NCBI GenBank assembly: GCA_913050565.1
Contig: CAJWZW010000001.1
Location: forward strand, 14,214-78,213
Length of the DNA stretch: 64,000 nt
Direction: 5' to 3'
Source: an uncultured Synechococcus sp.
Lineage (GTDB): Bacteria > Cyanobacteriota > Cyanobacteriia > PCC-6307 > Cyanobiaceae
The notes under the pieces are model-generated. The model saw only the letters and a program-made list of their open reading frames with translations. It made no database searches and had not been told where the DNA came from. How positions within the stretch are numbered: position 1 is the first letter of the stretch; each line of letters opens with the position of its first letter. Positions 40,924 through 53,544 of the stretch are shown here, in pieces. Both the position numbers and the translations under genes were made by a program.

Positions 40924-41778
40924 ATGCGTGCAACGGCCTGGATTCAACGGCACCGCTTTGCCAAAGGCCTCATGGTCAAAGGGGTTGTCATCACAGGGCT
41001 ATCCCTGGTGTCGCTGACGATGGCCAGGGCGGCGGAACCGCGGAACTGGCTCAGCGCACCGAAGCCCACCCAGAAGCCAGGGCTGCGCGAAAAATCAGCC
41101 TCTTCAGCCGGCTGTCCTGCCCCTGCCATCCCGGACCCGCTGCTGGGTCCCCGCACCAAAATGCCGGGACGCTGGATCGGACGAACCAAAGCCCCCTTGA
41201 ATCTGCCGATCGTGGTGATGGCTGGTCACGCTGATTCTCAGGGAACCGGCAGCTCAGGCACACCGGGATTTGCGGTGGACAAACGCAGACAACCCCCGAT
41301 GCAGGCCGGGATCCGCGATGAACTGTTCTGGAACCGCCAGGTGCAGGCCGCTGTCGTGCGCATGGGGAGATCCCGAGGGTTGAACATCCGCTCTTACACC
41401 CCACCGGCAATCACCATCCTTGATGACGAACATCCCGGAACCAACTGGTCCAAAGCGAAGGTCTGGTCCGCCCGTGGCGAATACATCCTGGAGATTCACT
41501 TCGACGCCTACCGCCCCCATGGATTCGGCTCCGGCCTGATTCCAGCCATCAATCGACCACTCAACAGCGTGGATGAAAGCCTTGGGTCAGCCTTCGGCCG
41601 TTTCCCCAGAAACTTCAGAGGCGGACTCGGAGGTCCACGGCGTGGCATCGGCATTCTTGAACTGGCGATGCTCGAACCTCCCCTGGAGGACAAACTCCGC
41701 GACCAGGCGACCCGTTCACAAACCGTGGACTGCCTGGCCGAGAGAGTTGTGGACGCCCTGGTGAAGGGCCTCAGCTGA
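40924..41778 (+). CDS. N-acetylmuramoyl-L-alanine amidase-like protein
   Basis: Signal/TM segment; Zn-amidase-type motifs VVMAGH, DELFWN, EIHFD, ILEL. Confidence 0.7.
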   Translation: MRATAWIQRHRFAKGLMVKGVVITGLSLVSLTMARAAEPRNWLSAPKPTQKPGLREKSASSAGCPAPAIPDPLLGPRTKMPGRWIGRTKAPLNLPIVVMAGHADSQGTGSSGTPGFAVDKRRQPPMQAGIRDELFWNRQVQAAVVRMGRSRGLNIRSYTPPAITILDDEHPGTNWSKAKVWSARGEYILEIHFDAYRPHGFGSGLIPAINRPLNSVDESLGSAFGRFPRNFRGGLGGPRRGIGILELAMLEPPLEDKLRDQATRSQTVDCLAERVVDALVKGLS

Positions 41779-42859
41779 TCGCTCCATGGGGACGGCAACG
41801 ATCATCCAGGCTGGGGTCATCCAGCCAGTCCTGTGGCTTGGTGAACAGCTCGGTCAACAGGGCTTCCCTGGAACCGGTTTCAGCGCTGTAGCCATATTCC
41901 CAGCGCACCATGGGTGGCAGGGACATCAGGATTGATTCCGTACGGCCGTTGGTCTGGAGACCGAAAATCGTGCCCCGATCCCAGACCAGATTGAATTCGA
42001 CGTAACGACCTCGTCGATAGAGCTGGAACTGACGCTCGCGGTCGCCGTAGGCGATCGGTTGACGCTTCTCAACGATGGGGGCATAGGACGGCAGAAAAGC
42101 CCTGCCATTCGCCTGGCCGAGGGCAAACAACTGCTCCCAACCGAGGGGGCGCGGGCCGAGATCCGCCGCAACCCGGGCGGCTGGACCGCTCGGATCCTGT
42201 CCTTTGTAGAGAACGCCCTGCGAGTCCTGATAGTCGTAAAAAATTCCACCCACACCACGGGTCTCGCCGCGGTGCTTGAGGAAGAAGTACTCGTCACACC
42301 AGGGCTTGAACACCCTGTGCAGATCAGGATGAATCGAATCACAGGCCGCCTGATGAGTGCGGTGAAAATGCCGCGCATCATCCAGGAAGGGGTAGTAGGG
42401 AGTGAGGTCGGCACCACCACCGAACCACCACACCGGACCGGCCTCGAAGTAGCGGTAATTCAGATGAACCGTGGGGATATAGGGATTGCGGGGATGAAGC
42501 ACCATCGAGGTGCCGGTGGCGAACCATGGATGCCCCTTCGCTTCGGGACGCTGTTTAAGGATCGAAGGGGGCAGCTCCTGTCCCTGAACCTCCGAAAAAT
42601 TGACCCCGCCCTGCTCGAACACACGGCCCTCACGCATCACCCGCGACCGGCCGCCGCCACCTTCCGGCCGCTCCCAGCTTTCCTCCTCGAAACGCCCTTG
42701 GCCATCCAGTGTCTCCAGCCCAGCGCAGATTTCATCCTGGAGTCCCATCACCATGGCGCGAGCCCGGTCACGGGAGTTTTCAGGGGGCAACTCCAGTGAC
42801 GGCAACGCCGGACCACTGCTCCTGCGGCCGAGAACGCGGCGAATCAGTGATCGCACCAT
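41771..42859 (-). CDS. hemF: Oxygen-dependent coproporphyrinogen III oxidase
   Basis: [32 protein letters not shown]. Confidence 0.98.
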   Translation of the reverse strand: MVRSLIRRVLGRRSSGPALPSLELPPENSRDRARAMVMGLQDEICAGLETLDGQGRFEEESWERPEGGGGRSRVMREGRVFEQGGVNFSEVQGQELPPSILKQRPEAKGHPWFATGTSMVLHPRNPYIPTVHLNYRYFEAGPVWWFGGGADLTPYYPFLDDARHFHRTHQAACDSIHPDLHRVFKPWCDEYFFLKHRGETRGVGGIFYDYQDSQGVLYKGQDPSGPAARVAADLGPRPLGWEQLFALGQANGRAFLPSYAPIVEKRQPIAYGDRERQFQLYRRGRYVEFNLVWDRGTIFGLQTNGRTESILMSLPPMVRWEYGYSAETGSREALLTELFTKPQDWLDDPSLDDRCRPHGAIS

Positions 42860-42979
42860 GGCAATGGAGCCTTTAATCGTTCAGAAAACCTAAACAGGTC
42901 AGACAAGCCCACGACAAGCGTCCGTCAGGGACTGTCACGGGATACCACCCCTAAGATCCGGCTCAACTCCAGTACGGGC

Positions 42980-44056
42980 ATGATTTCGGCCGAGCGGGCG
43001 ATTCAGGCACTGCAGCAGGTGACCGACGCCGGCAGTGGCAAGCCAGTCATGGACCTGGGCTGGATTGAGCAGGTCCGAGTCGCCGACGCCCGAGCGGTGT
43101 TCCGTCTGTGTCTGCCGGGCGTTGCCCAGGGGCAACGCGACCGGATTGTTCAGGAGGCCCGCGAGCTGCTGACGGGGCTCGATGGCATTGACGACGTTCA
43201 GATTGAAATCGGCCAGCCCCCCAGCCAGGGGGGAATCGGCCAGGCCGGTCACGGTCAACCGGCTGAACGCCAGTCCATACCAGGCGTCCGCCAGGTCATT
43301 GCCGTCTCCAGTGGCAAAGGTGGCGTCGGCAAAAGCACCGTCGCAGTGAACCTCGCCTGCTCCCTTGCCAAAAAGGGACTGAAGGTCGGCCTGCTCGATG
43401 CCGATATCTATGGACCCAATGCCCCGACCATGCTGGGGGTCGCCGATCAGACCCCCGAAGTGATGGGCAGTGGCGATCAGCAGCGGATCGTTCCGATCGA
43501 ATCGTGCGGCATCGCGATGGTTTCGATGGGACTGCTGATTGATGAGCACCAGCCTGTGATCTGGCGCGGGCCCATGCTCAATGGGATTATCCGTCAGTTT
43601 CTCTACCAGGCTGAGTGGGGCGACCGGGATGTGCTGGTGGTTGATTTGCCACCCGGCACCGGCGATGCGCAGCTGTCCCTGGCTCAGGCCGTTCCCATGG
43701 CAGGGGTCGTCATTGTCACCACACCTCAGCAGGTGTCCCTGCAGGACGCCCGTCGCGGACTGGCGATGTTCCGCCAGATGAATATTCCTGTTCTGGGTGT
43801 GGTGGAAAACATGAGCTGCTTCATTCCCCCCGATCTGCCTGACCGCAGGTATGCCCTGTTCGGCAGTGGTGGTGGAGCGACCCTGGCCGGGGACTACGAC
43901 GTTCCCCTGCTCGCCCAGATCCCGATGGAGATGCCGATTCAGGAGGGTGGTGATTCCGGCCGACCTGCTGTGCTGTCACGCCCTGACTCCGCCAGCTCCG
44001 CCGCGTTCCTGAGCCTGGCCGATTCCGTGATGCATCAGGTCTCAACGGCAGTGTGA
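42980..44056 (+). CDS. mrp: Mrp/NBP35 Fe-S cluster carrier ATPase
   Basis: SGKGGVGKST, DADIYGP, IWRGPM, DLPPGTGD. Confidence 0.95.
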   Translation: MISAERAIQALQQVTDAGSGKPVMDLGWIEQVRVADARAVFRLCLPGVAQGQRDRIVQEARELLTGLDGIDDVQIEIGQPPSQGGIGQAGHGQPAERQSIPGVRQVIAVSSGKGGVGKSTVAVNLACSLAKKGLKVGLLDADIYGPNAPTMLGVADQTPEVMGSGDQQRIVPIESCGIAMVSMGLLIDEHQPVIWRGPMLNGIIRQFLYQAEWGDRDVLVVDLPPGTGDAQLSLAQAVPMAGVVIVTTPQQVSLQDARRGLAMFRQMNIPVLGVVENMSCFIPPDLPDRRYALFGSGGGATLAGDYDVPLLAQIPMEMPIQEGGDSGRPAVLSRPDSASSAAFLSLADSVMHQVSTAV

Positions 44057-45297
44057 CGATGCGCGCCCAGCCAGGCCGACAGCAACGTCCGAAAGAGTGG
44101 ATTCTCCTGGGAGTTCCGCTGGCCATGGTGGGCATCGCTGGGATCTTGATCGCCAGCACCCAGCGCCAGGCCGACTACGCCGACTGGTATCACCACTGGA
44201 TCACCGCGGCGGTGGGGTGTTTGCTTGCCCTGGGCCTCGGAAGGCTTCCGCTGGAACGGTTGCGGCCTCTGCTCATCCCGATCTACGGCGTCACGGTGAT
44301 CAGCCTGATCGCCGTGCGCTTGATCGGCACCACGGCCCTGGGTGCACAGCGCTGGATCAGCATCGGACCATTGAATGTGCAGCCTTCCGAATTCGCGAAG
44401 ATCGCGGCGATTCTGCTGGTGGCAGCCGTGCTCTCTCGCCATCCGGTGGAGCGCCCCGTGGACCTGCTTCGTCCTCTTGGCGTGATCGCTGTCCCCTGGC
44501 TGCTGGTTTTCATTCAGCCCGACCTGGGGACGTCTCTGGTGTTCGGCGCCCTCATGCTCACGATGCTGTACTGGTCGGGGATGCCCTTCGAGTGGGTGGT
44601 GTTGCTGCTGTCGCCCCTGGCGACGGCGCTGATCTCGGGCCTGGTCCCCTGGGCACTGGGAATCTGGATCCCACTGATGGCTGTGCTGGCCTACAGAGCT
44701 CTGCCCTGGAAGCGTCTCGCTGCCGTGATCACGCTCTCCATCCACGGCCTGATGGCCGTGATCACACCCTGGCTCTGGATGAACGGGCTGAAGGATTACC
44801 AGCGGGACCGTCTTGTGCTGTTTCTGGACCCGTCACAGGACCCGCTGGGAGGGGGCTATCACCTGCTCCAGAGCACCGTCGGGATCGGAGCTGGCGGATT
44901 GTTCGGGACGGGTCTGCTCCAGGGTCAGCTGACCAAGCTGCGTTTTATTCCTGAACAACACACCGATTTCATCTTCAGTGCCCTGGGGGAGGAAACCGGA
45001 TTCATCGGATGCCTGCTTGTGGTGCTGGGTTTCGCCTTGTTGATGGGCCGGCTGTTGCAGATTGCACGCAACGCCCGCAGCGACTTCGAGTCGCTTGTGG
45101 TCGTGGGTATCGGCACCATGTTGATGTTCCAGGTCGTGGTGAACATCTTCATGACCATTGGACTGGGACCGATCACGGGCATTCCACTTCCATTCCTCAG
45201 CTATGGACGATCCGCCATGGTGGTGAACTTCCTCTGCCTTGGACTCTGCCTGTCGGTGGTGCGAAGGAGTCGTCGGGGGCTCCCCGCTCGATGGTGA
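44053..45297 (+). CDS. rodA: Rod shape-determining protein RodA
   Basis: GAQRWI, QPSEFAK, QPDLGT, IPEQHTDFIFS, PFLSYG. Confidence 0.94.
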   Translation: MTMRAQPGRQQRPKEWILLGVPLAMVGIAGILIASTQRQADYADWYHHWITAAVGCLLALGLGRLPLERLRPLLIPIYGVTVISLIAVRLIGTTALGAQRWISIGPLNVQPSEFAKIAAILLVAAVLSRHPVERPVDLLRPLGVIAVPWLLVFIQPDLGTSLVFGALMLTMLYWSGMPFEWVVLLLSPLATALISGLVPWALGIWIPLMAVLAYRALPWKRLAAVITLSIHGLMAVITPWLWMNGLKDYQRDRLVLFLDPSQDPLGGGYHLLQSTVGIGAGGLFGTGLLQGQLTKLRFIPEQHTDFIFSALGEETGFIGCLLVVLGFALLMGRLLQIARNARSDFESLVVVGIGTMLMFQVVVNIFMTIGLGPITGIPLPFLSYGRSAMVVNFLCLGLCLSVVRRSRRGLPARW

Positions 45298-46631
45298 GCG
45301 ACACCAGCCTGCTCGACCTGCGACAGCGCCTCGCCCGCGACATCAGACCGGGACAGTGCGATGAAGCCGGCGTCAGACGCCTGTGGTGGGCTGCATTGGA
45401 GGTGATTCAGGAGTCGCTGATGGAGCGGAGGGTTCAGGCTGGACTCTGGATGGCCGCTCCACTGCCGGCGCTGTATGAACCCGACCTGCTGCATCGTCTG
45501 AACGGTTGGGTCTGGGCACCGGAGAACCTTGAAAGTCTGAGCCCGCTCCATGCCGCTCTACCGGGCAGCGGTCGGTCGTCCCTGAAAAACGCAGGCTTCT
45601 GCCGCCTGCCGCTGGAATCACGGGACGGCGATGACCCGTTGCTGCTGGTGATCACACCCGAGCTGCAGCTGGCCCTCGCCATCAACGGCAAACCTGGTGA
45701 ACGACAGTTGCTGATGCGCTGCGATGCCGAGAGCCTCAGCGATGCCCTGAGGATGGTCGGGGAGCGCATCGAGGCATCGGAGACGGCACTCGCTGATCAA
45801 CTGCGGGAGCAACTCACCGATTTGGGGCCTCTTCGCAATGACCCGGACTTCGACCGATGCTTCTGGCCGCGTCTGGCCGAGAAGCTCACTGAGTCCGCCC
45901 CGAGCCTGACTTTGCAGTCGTTCCAGGACCCAGCGGATTCTCAGCAGACACCGGCCCATGAGCTGAGCCTGCTGGAGGCGATGACCCATGAGGTGCGCAC
46001 ACCACTGGCCACCATTCGCACGCTGATCCGCTCGCTGCTTCGACGCAAGGACCTGCCCTCCGTCGTGGCGAATCGACTTCAACAGATCGATGTGGAATGC
46101 AGCGAACAGATCGATCGCTTCGGGCTGATCTTCCAGGCCGCAGAACTGCAGCGCAAACCATCTGAGACACAGCTGGCTCGCACCGACCTCGGCGCCATCC
46201 TCCAGACCCTTGAACCAGGCTGGCGCGAACAACTCGATCGTCGCGGCGTCACCCTTCAGCTGGGGCTGGACAGCGATCTGCCAGAGGTTCTGAGCGATGC
46301 ACGCCGTCTCGAACCGATGCTGGGAGGGCTGATCGATCGCGTCAGTCGCGGACTTCCGTCGGGATCCCGGCTGCTGCTGCAACTCCAACCAGCCGGAGCC
46401 AGGCTCAAGCTGCAACTCCAGGTGCGATCCCAGTCCTCTGATGCTGCCGCTGATGACGATGCAGAGAAGGAGCAGGTGGGAACTGTGCTGAGCTGGGAAC
46501 CCTCCACCGGCAGTCTTCAGCTCAGCCAGGACGCCACCCGCCAGCTGATGGCCAGCCTTGGAGGCCGTTATCAGGCTCGCCGCAAGCGCGACCTGACGGT
46601 GTTTTTCCCGGTTGCATCAGCTCACAGCTGA
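45291..46631 (+). CDS. hik2: Hik2/CSK-like sensor histidine kinase
   Basis: H-box [26 protein letters not shown]; C-terminal [10 protein letters not shown] typical of the Hik2/CSK family. Confidence 0.75.
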   Translation: MVSDTSLLDLRQRLARDIRPGQCDEAGVRRLWWAALEVIQESLMERRVQAGLWMAAPLPALYEPDLLHRLNGWVWAPENLESLSPLHAALPGSGRSSLKNAGFCRLPLESRDGDDPLLLVITPELQLALAINGKPGERQLLMRCDAESLSDALRMVGERIEASETALADQLREQLTDLGPLRNDPDFDRCFWPRLAEKLTESAPSLTLQSFQDPADSQQTPAHELSLLEAMTHEVRTPLATIRTLIRSLLRRKDLPSVVANRLQQIDVECSEQIDRFGLIFQAAELQRKPSETQLARTDLGAILQTLEPGWREQLDRRGVTLQLGLDSDLPEVLSDARRLEPMLGGLIDRVSRGLPSGSRLLLQLQPAGARLKLQLQVRSQSSDAAADDDAEKEQVGTVLSWEPSTGSLQLSQDATRQLMASLGGRYQARRKRDLTVFFPVASAHS

Positions 46632-46744
46632 CCGCGGATGAAGCACCTTTATTTGATGGTGTGAAGGATGCTTTCGCAGACGGCATCCGGGCGCATCCAC
46701 GGTGCTACTTTCCAGTCATAACGGTCCGTCTCGCGTTCTGCGCC

Positions 46745-47176
46745 ATGACAGCTTCGACATTGAACGGTCAGCTTCCCCAGTTCATTGCAAGCACGGGGGG
46801 GCTTCTCAACTCCGCCGAAACGGAAGAGAAATACGCGATCACCTGGACCAGCAAGTCCGAGCAGGCTTTTGAGCTGCCCACCGGTGGCGCCGCGATGATG
46901 AATGCAGGCGAAAACATCATGTATTTCGCCCGCAAGGAGCAGTGCCTGGCCCTTGGCACCCAGCTTCGGACCAAGTTCAAGCCCCGCATGGAGGATTACA
47001 AGATCTACCGGATCTTCCCCGGAGGAGACACGGAATTCCTGCATCCAAGGGATGGCGTGTTCCCCGAAAAGGTGAATGAAGGTCGCCAGATGGTGGGCCA
47101 CAATCCCCGTCGCATCGGTGAGAACACCAACCCCGCCAACATCAAGTTCAGCGGTCGCAACACCTTCGACACCTGA
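46745..47176 (+). CDS. psaD: Photosystem I reaction centre subunit II
   Basis: [40 protein letters not shown]. Confidence 0.98.
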   Translation: MTASTLNGQLPQFIASTGGLLNSAETEEKYAITWTSKSEQAFELPTGGAAMMNAGENIMYFARKEQCLALGTQLRTKFKPRMEDYKIYRIFPGGDTEFLHPRDGVFPEKVNEGRQMVGHNPRRIGENTNPANIKFSGRNTFDT

Positions 47177-47214
47177 TTTCAACTGGCGTTCATCGGGGCT
47201 GCAAAAATGCGTGC

Positions 47215-48735
47215 ATGTTCAGCCCCGATCGCGCCAGCTTCCAAAAGGCTGCAGCCTCTGGCGCCAACCTGATCCCTCTGGCTCAGAGCTGGCCAGCGGA
47301 TCTGGAAACACCGCTAACCGCCTGGATCAAAGCTGGATCAGGCCATCCACCTGGGGTCCTTCTTGAGTCGGTTGAGGGAGGGGAAACTCTCGGTCGCTGG
47401 AGTGTGATTGCATGCGACCCCCTGTGGACCGCTCAGGCCCGCGGAAATCTCCTGAGACGACGCTGGCGCAACGGTGCTGAAGACTGCCTGAAAGGCAATC
47501 CGTTTGAGACCCTGCGCAGCTGTCTGGCGCCCTACAGCTGCGTCAGCCTGCCGGGCCTGCCACCTCTCGGGCAGCTGTACGGAATGTGGGGCTATGAACT
47601 GATCCAGTGGATTGAACCCACGGTTCCGGTGCATCCCCGCACAGAGGCTGATCCGCCCGATGGAATCTGGATGCTGATGGACGCGATCCTGATCTTTGAT
47701 CAGGTGAAGCGCCAGATCACGGCTGTTGCCTATGCCGATTTAACGGAGAACCGGGACGAACAACAGGCCTGGGACATCGCACTGAGTCGCATCCAGGCAC
47801 TGAGGGACAGGATGAATGCGCCGCTGCCCCCCGTGGATCCACTTCGATGGGATGGCTCAGCCAAGACTCTTCCCGAGGTCAGCAGCAACCGGAGCCAGGA
47901 TGAATTTGAGCAGGCGGTGCTCACAGCCAAGGAACGCATTTCCGCCGGAGATGTGTTCCAGCTGGTGATCAGCCAGCGCCTGGAGGCACAGGTCCGCCAG
48001 ACACCGCTTGAGCTGTATCGCAGCCTGAGGATGGTGAATCCTTCGCCGTACATGGCTTTTTTCGATTTCGGCGACTGGCAGCTGATTGGATCAAGTCCGG
48101 AGGTGATGGTGCAGGCCGAACCAGCCGCCGATGGCGTTCATGCCGGGCTGAGACCCATCGCGGGCACTCGGCCCCGCGGACGGTCTCCGCTGGAGGATCG
48201 TGAACTGGAGGCTGATCTTCTTGCGGATCCGAAGGAACGGGCGGAACACGTGATGCTCGTGGATCTCGGCCGCAACGATCTCGGCCGTGTCTGCCAACCG
48301 GGCAGCGTCGCTGTGAAGGATCTGATGGTGATCGAGCGCTATTCCCACGTCATGCACATCGTCAGCCAGGTGGAAGGTCGACTGACGCCGGACCATGACG
48401 TCTGGGATCTGCTGATGGCTTCATTCCCAGCGGGCACAGTGAGCGGAGCGCCGAAAATTCGGGCCATGCAGCTCATTCATGATCTCGAGCCCGATGCCCG
48501 AGGCCCTTACTCAGGCGTCTACGGCTCCGTGGATCTGGGCGGTGCTCTGAACACAGCCATCACCATCCGCACAATGGTGGTGCAGCCCGATGGTGAAGGT
48601 GGTTGCCGCGTGAAAGTACAGGCAGGAGCTGGTGTCGTGGCAGATTCCAAACCAACGGCTGAATTTGAGGAGACTCTGAACAAAGCCAAGGGGATGCTCA
48701 CGGCTCTGGCCTGCCTGAACGGCTCGGATTCATGA
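47215..48735 (+). CDS. trpE: Anthranilate synthase component I
   Basis: ADLETP, LLESVEGG, NPSPYM, KERAEHVMLVDLGRND, GTVSGAPK. Confidence 0.96.
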   Translation: MFSPDRASFQKAAASGANLIPLAQSWPADLETPLTAWIKAGSGHPPGVLLESVEGGETLGRWSVIACDPLWTAQARGNLLRRRWRNGAEDCLKGNPFETLRSCLAPYSCVSLPGLPPLGQLYGMWGYELIQWIEPTVPVHPRTEADPPDGIWMLMDAILIFDQVKRQITAVAYADLTENRDEQQAWDIALSRIQALRDRMNAPLPPVDPLRWDGSAKTLPEVSSNRSQDEFEQAVLTAKERISAGDVFQLVISQRLEAQVRQTPLELYRSLRMVNPSPYMAFFDFGDWQLIGSSPEVMVQAEPAADGVHAGLRPIAGTRPRGRSPLEDRELEADLLADPKERAEHVMLVDLGRNDLGRVCQPGSVAVKDLMVIERYSHVMHIVSQVEGRLTPDHDVWDLLMASFPAGTVSGAPKIRAMQLIHDLEPDARGPYSGVYGSVDLGGALNTAITIRTMVVQPDGEGGCRVKVQAGAGVVADSKPTAEFEETLNKAKGMLTALACLNGSDS

Positions 48736-49874
48736 GCACTCAGCTGCTGCTCAAGGGCTTCGAAGTTGAACTGTTCACCGGACTCGATGACGGCTCCCAT
48801 GTGGGTGTCGCTTCGGAGGTGGCGAAGGAGCTCGCCGATTTCGTCACTGAGCCGGACCACCGCAATCTCGAATACATCACCGCTCCGACCCGCTCCTATG
48901 CCGAGCTGCCGGAACTTCTGCTGCAACCCCGTCGTCGCCTGCGCGACTGGTTGCAGCAACGCAACCTCACGCTTCTTCCAGGCAGCACCCTCAGCCGTGG
49001 AAACAGCCGTCGATTTGAGCGGTCAGACCCCGGAAATCCCTATCACGACCTGATTGAACGCAGCTACGGCACGCGTGTGGTCACCGCCAGCATCCACATC
49101 AATCTCGGCATCACCGATCCCGAATGGCTGTTCGCGGCTGTTCGCCTTGTGCGCTGCGAAGCGGCAATGCTGCTGGCCTTAAGCGCCAGTTCTCCGTTTC
49201 TGGATGATGCCGTTACGGGCCATCACTCCCAGCGTTGGAGGCAATTCCCTCTGACGCCCGAGCACGTTCCTCTGTTCCTGGACCACAGCCACTACATCCG
49301 GTGGGTGGAAGAGCAACTGGCGGAGGGATTGATGCGAAATGAACGTCACCTGTGGACTTCGGTGCGACCGAACGGACCGCGTCGTCCCTACGACCTCAAC
49401 CGTCTGGAGCTGCGCATCTGTGATCTGGTGACGGATCCCGCTGAGCTGATGGCGATCACGGCGTTGCTGGAACTTCGCCTGCTGCAGCTCCGGGATGCCC
49501 CGCAGGAACTTGATCCCCTCTGCTCAAGTCAGCTCACTGCCTCGGAACTGGCGGCACTGGCCGATGCCAACGATGCCGCTGCCGCCCGTGCAAGCTTCGA
49601 TGCCTCGCTGCATCGTTGGCAGGACGGCGCCACGGTGACCTGTCGCGACTGGATCCAGGAGTTGCTGGATCAGATCACACCCCTGGCCGAGCGGCACAAC
49701 CTGATCAGCCAGCTTCGACCTCTGGACGAACTGCTCAGAAACGGCAATCAGGCCATTCGGTGGCTCAAGGCCGTCGAAGCCGGAACAAGCATCAGTTCAC
49801 TGTTGCAGCAGGGCAGCTTGGCCATGAGCCACCAGGAACAGCGAACAACACCCGTGAGCAGTGCTTTGGGATGA
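48732..49874 (+). CDS. gshA: Glutamate--cysteine ligase (cyanobacterial)
   Basis: [45 protein letters not shown]. Confidence 0.93.
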   Translation: MSTQLLLKGFEVELFTGLDDGSHVGVASEVAKELADFVTEPDHRNLEYITAPTRSYAELPELLLQPRRRLRDWLQQRNLTLLPGSTLSRGNSRRFERSDPGNPYHDLIERSYGTRVVTASIHINLGITDPEWLFAAVRLVRCEAAMLLALSASSPFLDDAVTGHHSQRWRQFPLTPEHVPLFLDHSHYIRWVEEQLAEGLMRNERHLWTSVRPNGPRRPYDLNRLELRICDLVTDPAELMAITALLELRLLQLRDAPQELDPLCSSQLTASELAALADANDAAAARASFDASLHRWQDGATVTCRDWIQELLDQITPLAERHNLISQLRPLDELLRNGNQAIRWLKAVEAGTSISSLLQQGSLAMSHQEQRTTPVSSALG

Positions 49875-52800
49875 TCATGGGTAACGCCGAGACAATTGGA
49901 GCGTCAATGCCCCAGTCCCCCACCCATGCCCCCGCAGGCGAGCAGCCCAGGGTCAACGGTGGCGGCCCCGGGGCCGGTCGTCTGCTGCAAAACCGCCTGA
50001 AACTGGTGGAGGATCTGTGGCAGACAGTTTTACGCAGTGAATGTCCGCCGGAACAGAGCGAACGATTGCTGCGGTTGAAACAACTCAGCGATCCGGTTGC
50101 TCTGGAGGGCCGGGACGGTGACAGCAGCAGTGAAGCCATCGTCGAGCTGATCCGCACGATGGATCTATCGGAGGCAATCGCTGCCGCCCGTGCGTTCTCG
50201 TTGTATTTCCAGCTGATCAACATCCTCGAGCAACGAATCGAGGAGGACAGCTATCTCGACAGTCTGCAGCCGGTTCCCGGCCGGAACGACGAGAAGTCCG
50301 ACCCCTTCGACCCCTTCGCACCACCTCTCGCCAGCCAGACCGACCCGGCGACATTCGGCGAAGTCTTCGAGCGGCTGCGACGGATGAATGTTCCACCGGC
50401 TCAGGTGGAAGCCCTGCTGCAGGAGCTTGATATTCGACTCGTCTTCACCGCCCATCCCACAGAGATCGTTCGGCACACCGTTCGTCACAAACAACGGCGC
50501 GTGGCCAACCTGCTGCAGCGGTTGCAGTCCGATGCACCACTCACCCGTTTTGATGAGGAGGATCTTCGGCGTCAGCTCGAGGAGGAAATCCGGTTGTGGT
50601 GGCGCACCGATGAACTGCACCAGTTCAAACCAACCGTTCTGGATGAGGTCGATTCAACACTCCACTACTTCCAGCAGGTGCTGTTCGACGCCATGCCGCA
50701 ACTGCGGCGGCGACTGACCTCTGCCCTTCAACGCCACTACCCGGACGTTCAATTCCCCCAGGCATCCTTTTGCACCTTTGGCTCCTGGGTGGGATCAGAT
50801 CGGGACGGGAATCCCTCGGTCACCCCATCCATCACCTGGAGAACGGCCTGTTATCAGCGTCAGCTGATGCTGGAGCTCTACATCAGCTCCGTTCAGGCGC
50901 TGCGCAACCAACTGAGCATTTCCATGCAGTGGAGCCAGGTTGCTCCGCCGCTGCTGGAATCTCTGGAAATGGACCGGTTGCGGTTTCCGGAGATTTACGA
51001 ACAGCGTGCTGCGCGCTATCGGCTGGAGCCCTATCGGCTGAAACTCAGCTACATCCTGGAGCGGCTTCAGCGCACGCTCGCCCGCAACAACCAGATGGCT
51101 GAGGCCGGGTGGCAGGCACCGAAGGAGCTCAGCAACGGTTCGGTTCAGGACGGCCTGCCAGGCCAGGAAGCTCTTCACTACACCGAAATCGCGCAGTTCC
51201 GCAGTGATCTCGAACTGATCCGCAACAGCCTGGTCAGCACCGAGCTGAGCTGTGAGCAGCTCGACACCCTGCTGCATCAGGTGCACATCTTCGGGTTCTC
51301 ACTGGCCACGCTCGACATCCGGCAGGAAAGCACCCGTCACAGCGATGCCATCGATGAACTCACGGGCTATCTGCAATTGCCATGCCGGTACAACGCGATG
51401 GAGGAGTCCGAGCGGGTGTCATGGCTTCTGCAGGAATTGCAGACTCGTCGACCGCTCATCCCAGCAGCGATGGAGTGGTCGGAGAGCACGGCCGAAACCT
51501 TTGCCGTCTTCCGGATGCTGCATCGCCTCCAGGAGGAGTTCGGCCAGCGGATCTGCCACTCCTATGTGATCTCCATGAGCCACACCGCCTCCGACCTGCT
51601 GGAGGTGATGCTTCTCGCGAAGGAGACAGGGCTGGCGGACCCTCAGGCGGAGACCGCCTCACTGCTTGTTGTGCCTCTGTTCGAAACCGTGGAGGACCTG
51701 CAGAGGGCACCGGAGGTCATGAAGGGGCTGCTGGAAACGGAGCTCTATCGCAAGCTTCTTCCGGTGGTGGGCAACCAGCACCAGCCTCTGCAGGAGCTGA
51801 TGCTGGGCTACTCGGACAGCAACAAGGACTCCGGTTTTCTCTCCAGCAACTGGGAAATCCATCAAGCCCAGATCGCTCTTCAGGAACTGGCCAGCAGCCA
51901 CGGCGTCGCCCTCAGGCTCTTCCATGGCCGCGGTGGGTCTGTGAGCCGGGGAGGTGGGCCTGCCTATCAGGCGATCCTGGCCCAACCCAGCGGCACGCTT
52001 CAGGGTCGGATCAAGATCACCGAACAGGGTGAAGTGCTTGCCTCCAAGTACAGCCTGCCGGAACTGGCCCTTTACAACCTGGAGACGGTCACAACGGCCG
52101 TTGTGCAGAACAGCCTGGTGACCAACCAACTGGATGCCACCCCCAGCTGGAACCAGCTGATGAGCCGTGTGGCAACCCGTTCGCGGGAGCACTACCGCGC
52201 TCTGGTGCATGACAACCCGGACCTGGTGGCCTTCTTTCAGCAGGTCACACCGATCGAGGAGATCAGCAAGCTGCAGATCTCCAGCCGCCCTGCCCGCCGC
52301 AAAACAGGGGCCAGGGATTTGTCCAGTCTTCGCGCCATTCCCTGGGTGTTCGGCTGGACCCAGAGCCGGTTTCTGCTCCCCAGCTGGTTTGGCGTCGGCA
52401 CCGCCCTGGCAGCGGAGGTCGACTCCGAGCCCGAACAGCTCGATCTGCTGCGGCGCCTGCACCAGCGGTGGCCGTTCTTCCGCATGCTGATCTCCAAGGT
52501 GGAGATGACCCTGTCAAAGGTGGACCTCGACCTGGCGCATCACTACATGAACAGCCTCGGCAAGAGCGAACAGCGCGAAGCCTTCGAGGCCATTTTCCAG
52601 GTCATCGCCGACGAATACGACCGCACCCTCAAGCTGGTGCTTGCCATCACGGGCCAGGAACGTCTGCTGGGCGCCGATCAGAATCTGCAGCTTTCGGTTG
52701 ACCTGCGCAACCGCACAATCGTTCCCCTTGGCTTCCTGCAGGTGGCCCTGCTGCGTCGCCTGCGCGATCAGAACAGACAACCACCGATGAGCGAATCACC

Positions 52801-52903
52801 GGGTGTACCGGAAGACCGGCGCACCTACAGCAGAAGTGAGCTCTTGCGGGGAGCACTGCTTACCCTCAACGGAATCGCTGCCGGCATGCGCAACACCGGC
52901 TGA
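49871..52903 (+). CDS. ppc: Phosphoenolpyruvate carboxylase
   Basis: [41 protein letters not shown]-terminal GMRNTG; start 49871 or 49907. Confidence 0.98.
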   Translation: MIMGNAETIGASMPQSPTHAPAGEQPRVNGGGPGAGRLLQNRLKLVEDLWQTVLRSECPPEQSERLLRLKQLSDPVALEGRDGDSSSEAIVELIRTMDLSEAIAAARAFSLYFQLINILEQRIEEDSYLDSLQPVPGRNDEKSDPFDPFAPPLASQTDPATFGEVFERLRRMNVPPAQVEALLQELDIRLVFTAHPTEIVRHTVRHKQRRVANLLQRLQSDAPLTRFDEEDLRRQLEEEIRLWWRTDELHQFKPTVLDEVDSTLHYFQQVLFDAMPQLRRRLTSALQRHYPDVQFPQASFCTFGSWVGSDRDGNPSVTPSITWRTACYQRQLMLELYISSVQALRNQLSISMQWSQVAPPLLESLEMDRLRFPEIYEQRAARYRLEPYRLKLSYILERLQRTLARNNQMAEAGWQAPKELSNGSVQDGLPGQEALHYTEIAQFRSDLELIRNSLVSTELSCEQLDTLLHQVHIFGFSLATLDIRQESTRHSDAIDELTGYLQLPCRYNAMEESERVSWLLQELQTRRPLIPAAMEWSESTAETFAVFRMLHRLQEEFGQRICHSYVISMSHTASDLLEVMLLAKETGLADPQAETASLLVVPLFETVEDLQRAPEVMKGLLETELYRKLLPVVGNQHQPLQELMLGYSDSNKDSGFLSSNWEIHQAQIALQELASSHGVALRLFHGRGGSVSRGGGPAYQAILAQPSGTLQGRIKITEQGEVLASKYSLPELALYNLETVTTAVVQNSLVTNQLDATPSWNQLMSRVATRSREHYRALVHDNPDLVAFFQQVTPIEEISKLQISSRPARRKTGARDLSSLRAIPWVFGWTQSRFLLPSWFGVGTALAAEVDSEPEQLDLLRRLHQRWPFFRMLISKVEMTLSKVDLDLAHHYMNSLGKSEQREAFEAIFQVIADEYDRTLKLVLAITGQERLLGADQNLQLSVDLRNRTIVPLGFLQVALLRRLRDQNRQPPMSESPGVPEDRRTYSRSELLRGALLTLNGIAAGMRNTG

Positions 52904-52908
52904 TCCCC

Positions 52909-53376
52909 TTGCTTCCCTTTCTTCAGCAAGCCAAGGTTCCACAGCTGCCGGAGGGCTGTCGGCTCGAGACCGAGAAACCTCCTGCACCAGCCGCACTGAA
53001 TGGGTTGCTTGCATCATGCGGCGAGTCCACCCATCCGGAGGAGCTGTGGATCCGCGCCCTTGAACGCAGCCTCTGGCAGATCAGCCTGATCGACACCGCC
53101 AGCGGTGAGCTGATCGGCTTCGTCCGTGCCACCAGTGACCTGGCCCTCAATGCCAATCTCTGGAATCTGGCCGCCCGTCCGGGGCCGGACCAGGGGCAGC
53201 TGCTCGCGGTTCTGGTGCATCGCGCCCTGCACATCCTGCGACGCGACCTGCCTGGCTGCAGCCTCTCGGTATCAGCACCGGAGATGGCCGTCAGCAAACT
53301 GAAGGAGCAGGGATTCGTGATTGATCCCAATGGCATCCGCGCCATGGGCCTGAGGTTGAAATCAACCCCTGACTGA
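52909..53376 (+). CDS. GNAT-family acetyltransferase-like protein
   Basis: LIGFVRATSDLALNANLWNL, GFVIDPNGIRAM. Confidence 0.75.
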   Translation: MLPFLQQAKVPQLPEGCRLETEKPPAPAALNGLLASCGESTHPEELWIRALERSLWQISLIDTASGELIGFVRATSDLALNANLWNLAARPGPDQGQLLAVLVHRALHILRRDLPGCSLSVSAPEMAVSKLKEQGFVIDPNGIRAMGLRLKSTPD

Positions 53377-53384
53377 ACTGAACA

Positions 53385-53458
53385 CGAGCATGGAGGGACT
53401 CGAACCCCCGACCCTCAGAACCGGAATCTGATGCTCTATCCAACTGAGCTACATGCCC
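53385..53458 (-). tRNA. trnR: tRNA-Arg (CCG)
   Basis: Reverse complement GGGCATGTAGCTCAGTTGGATAGAGCATCAGATTCCGGTTCTGAGGGTCGGGGGTTCGAGTCCCTCCATGCTCG. Confidence 0.98.
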
Positions 53459-53544
53459 ACTGGTTCACCGGATGGTGACAGCAGGAGGTCTCCCGACAGG
53501 GCGGCCCTCACTGGGTACCTTACCCACACACCGCACGATGACCC

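Noticed and set aside
45009-45290. Extended kinase ORF (similarly the ppc ORF from 49616 and ptpA ORF from 31551)
   Set aside because: Extensions overlap upstream genes in other frames; typical GC-rich ORF-calling artefact
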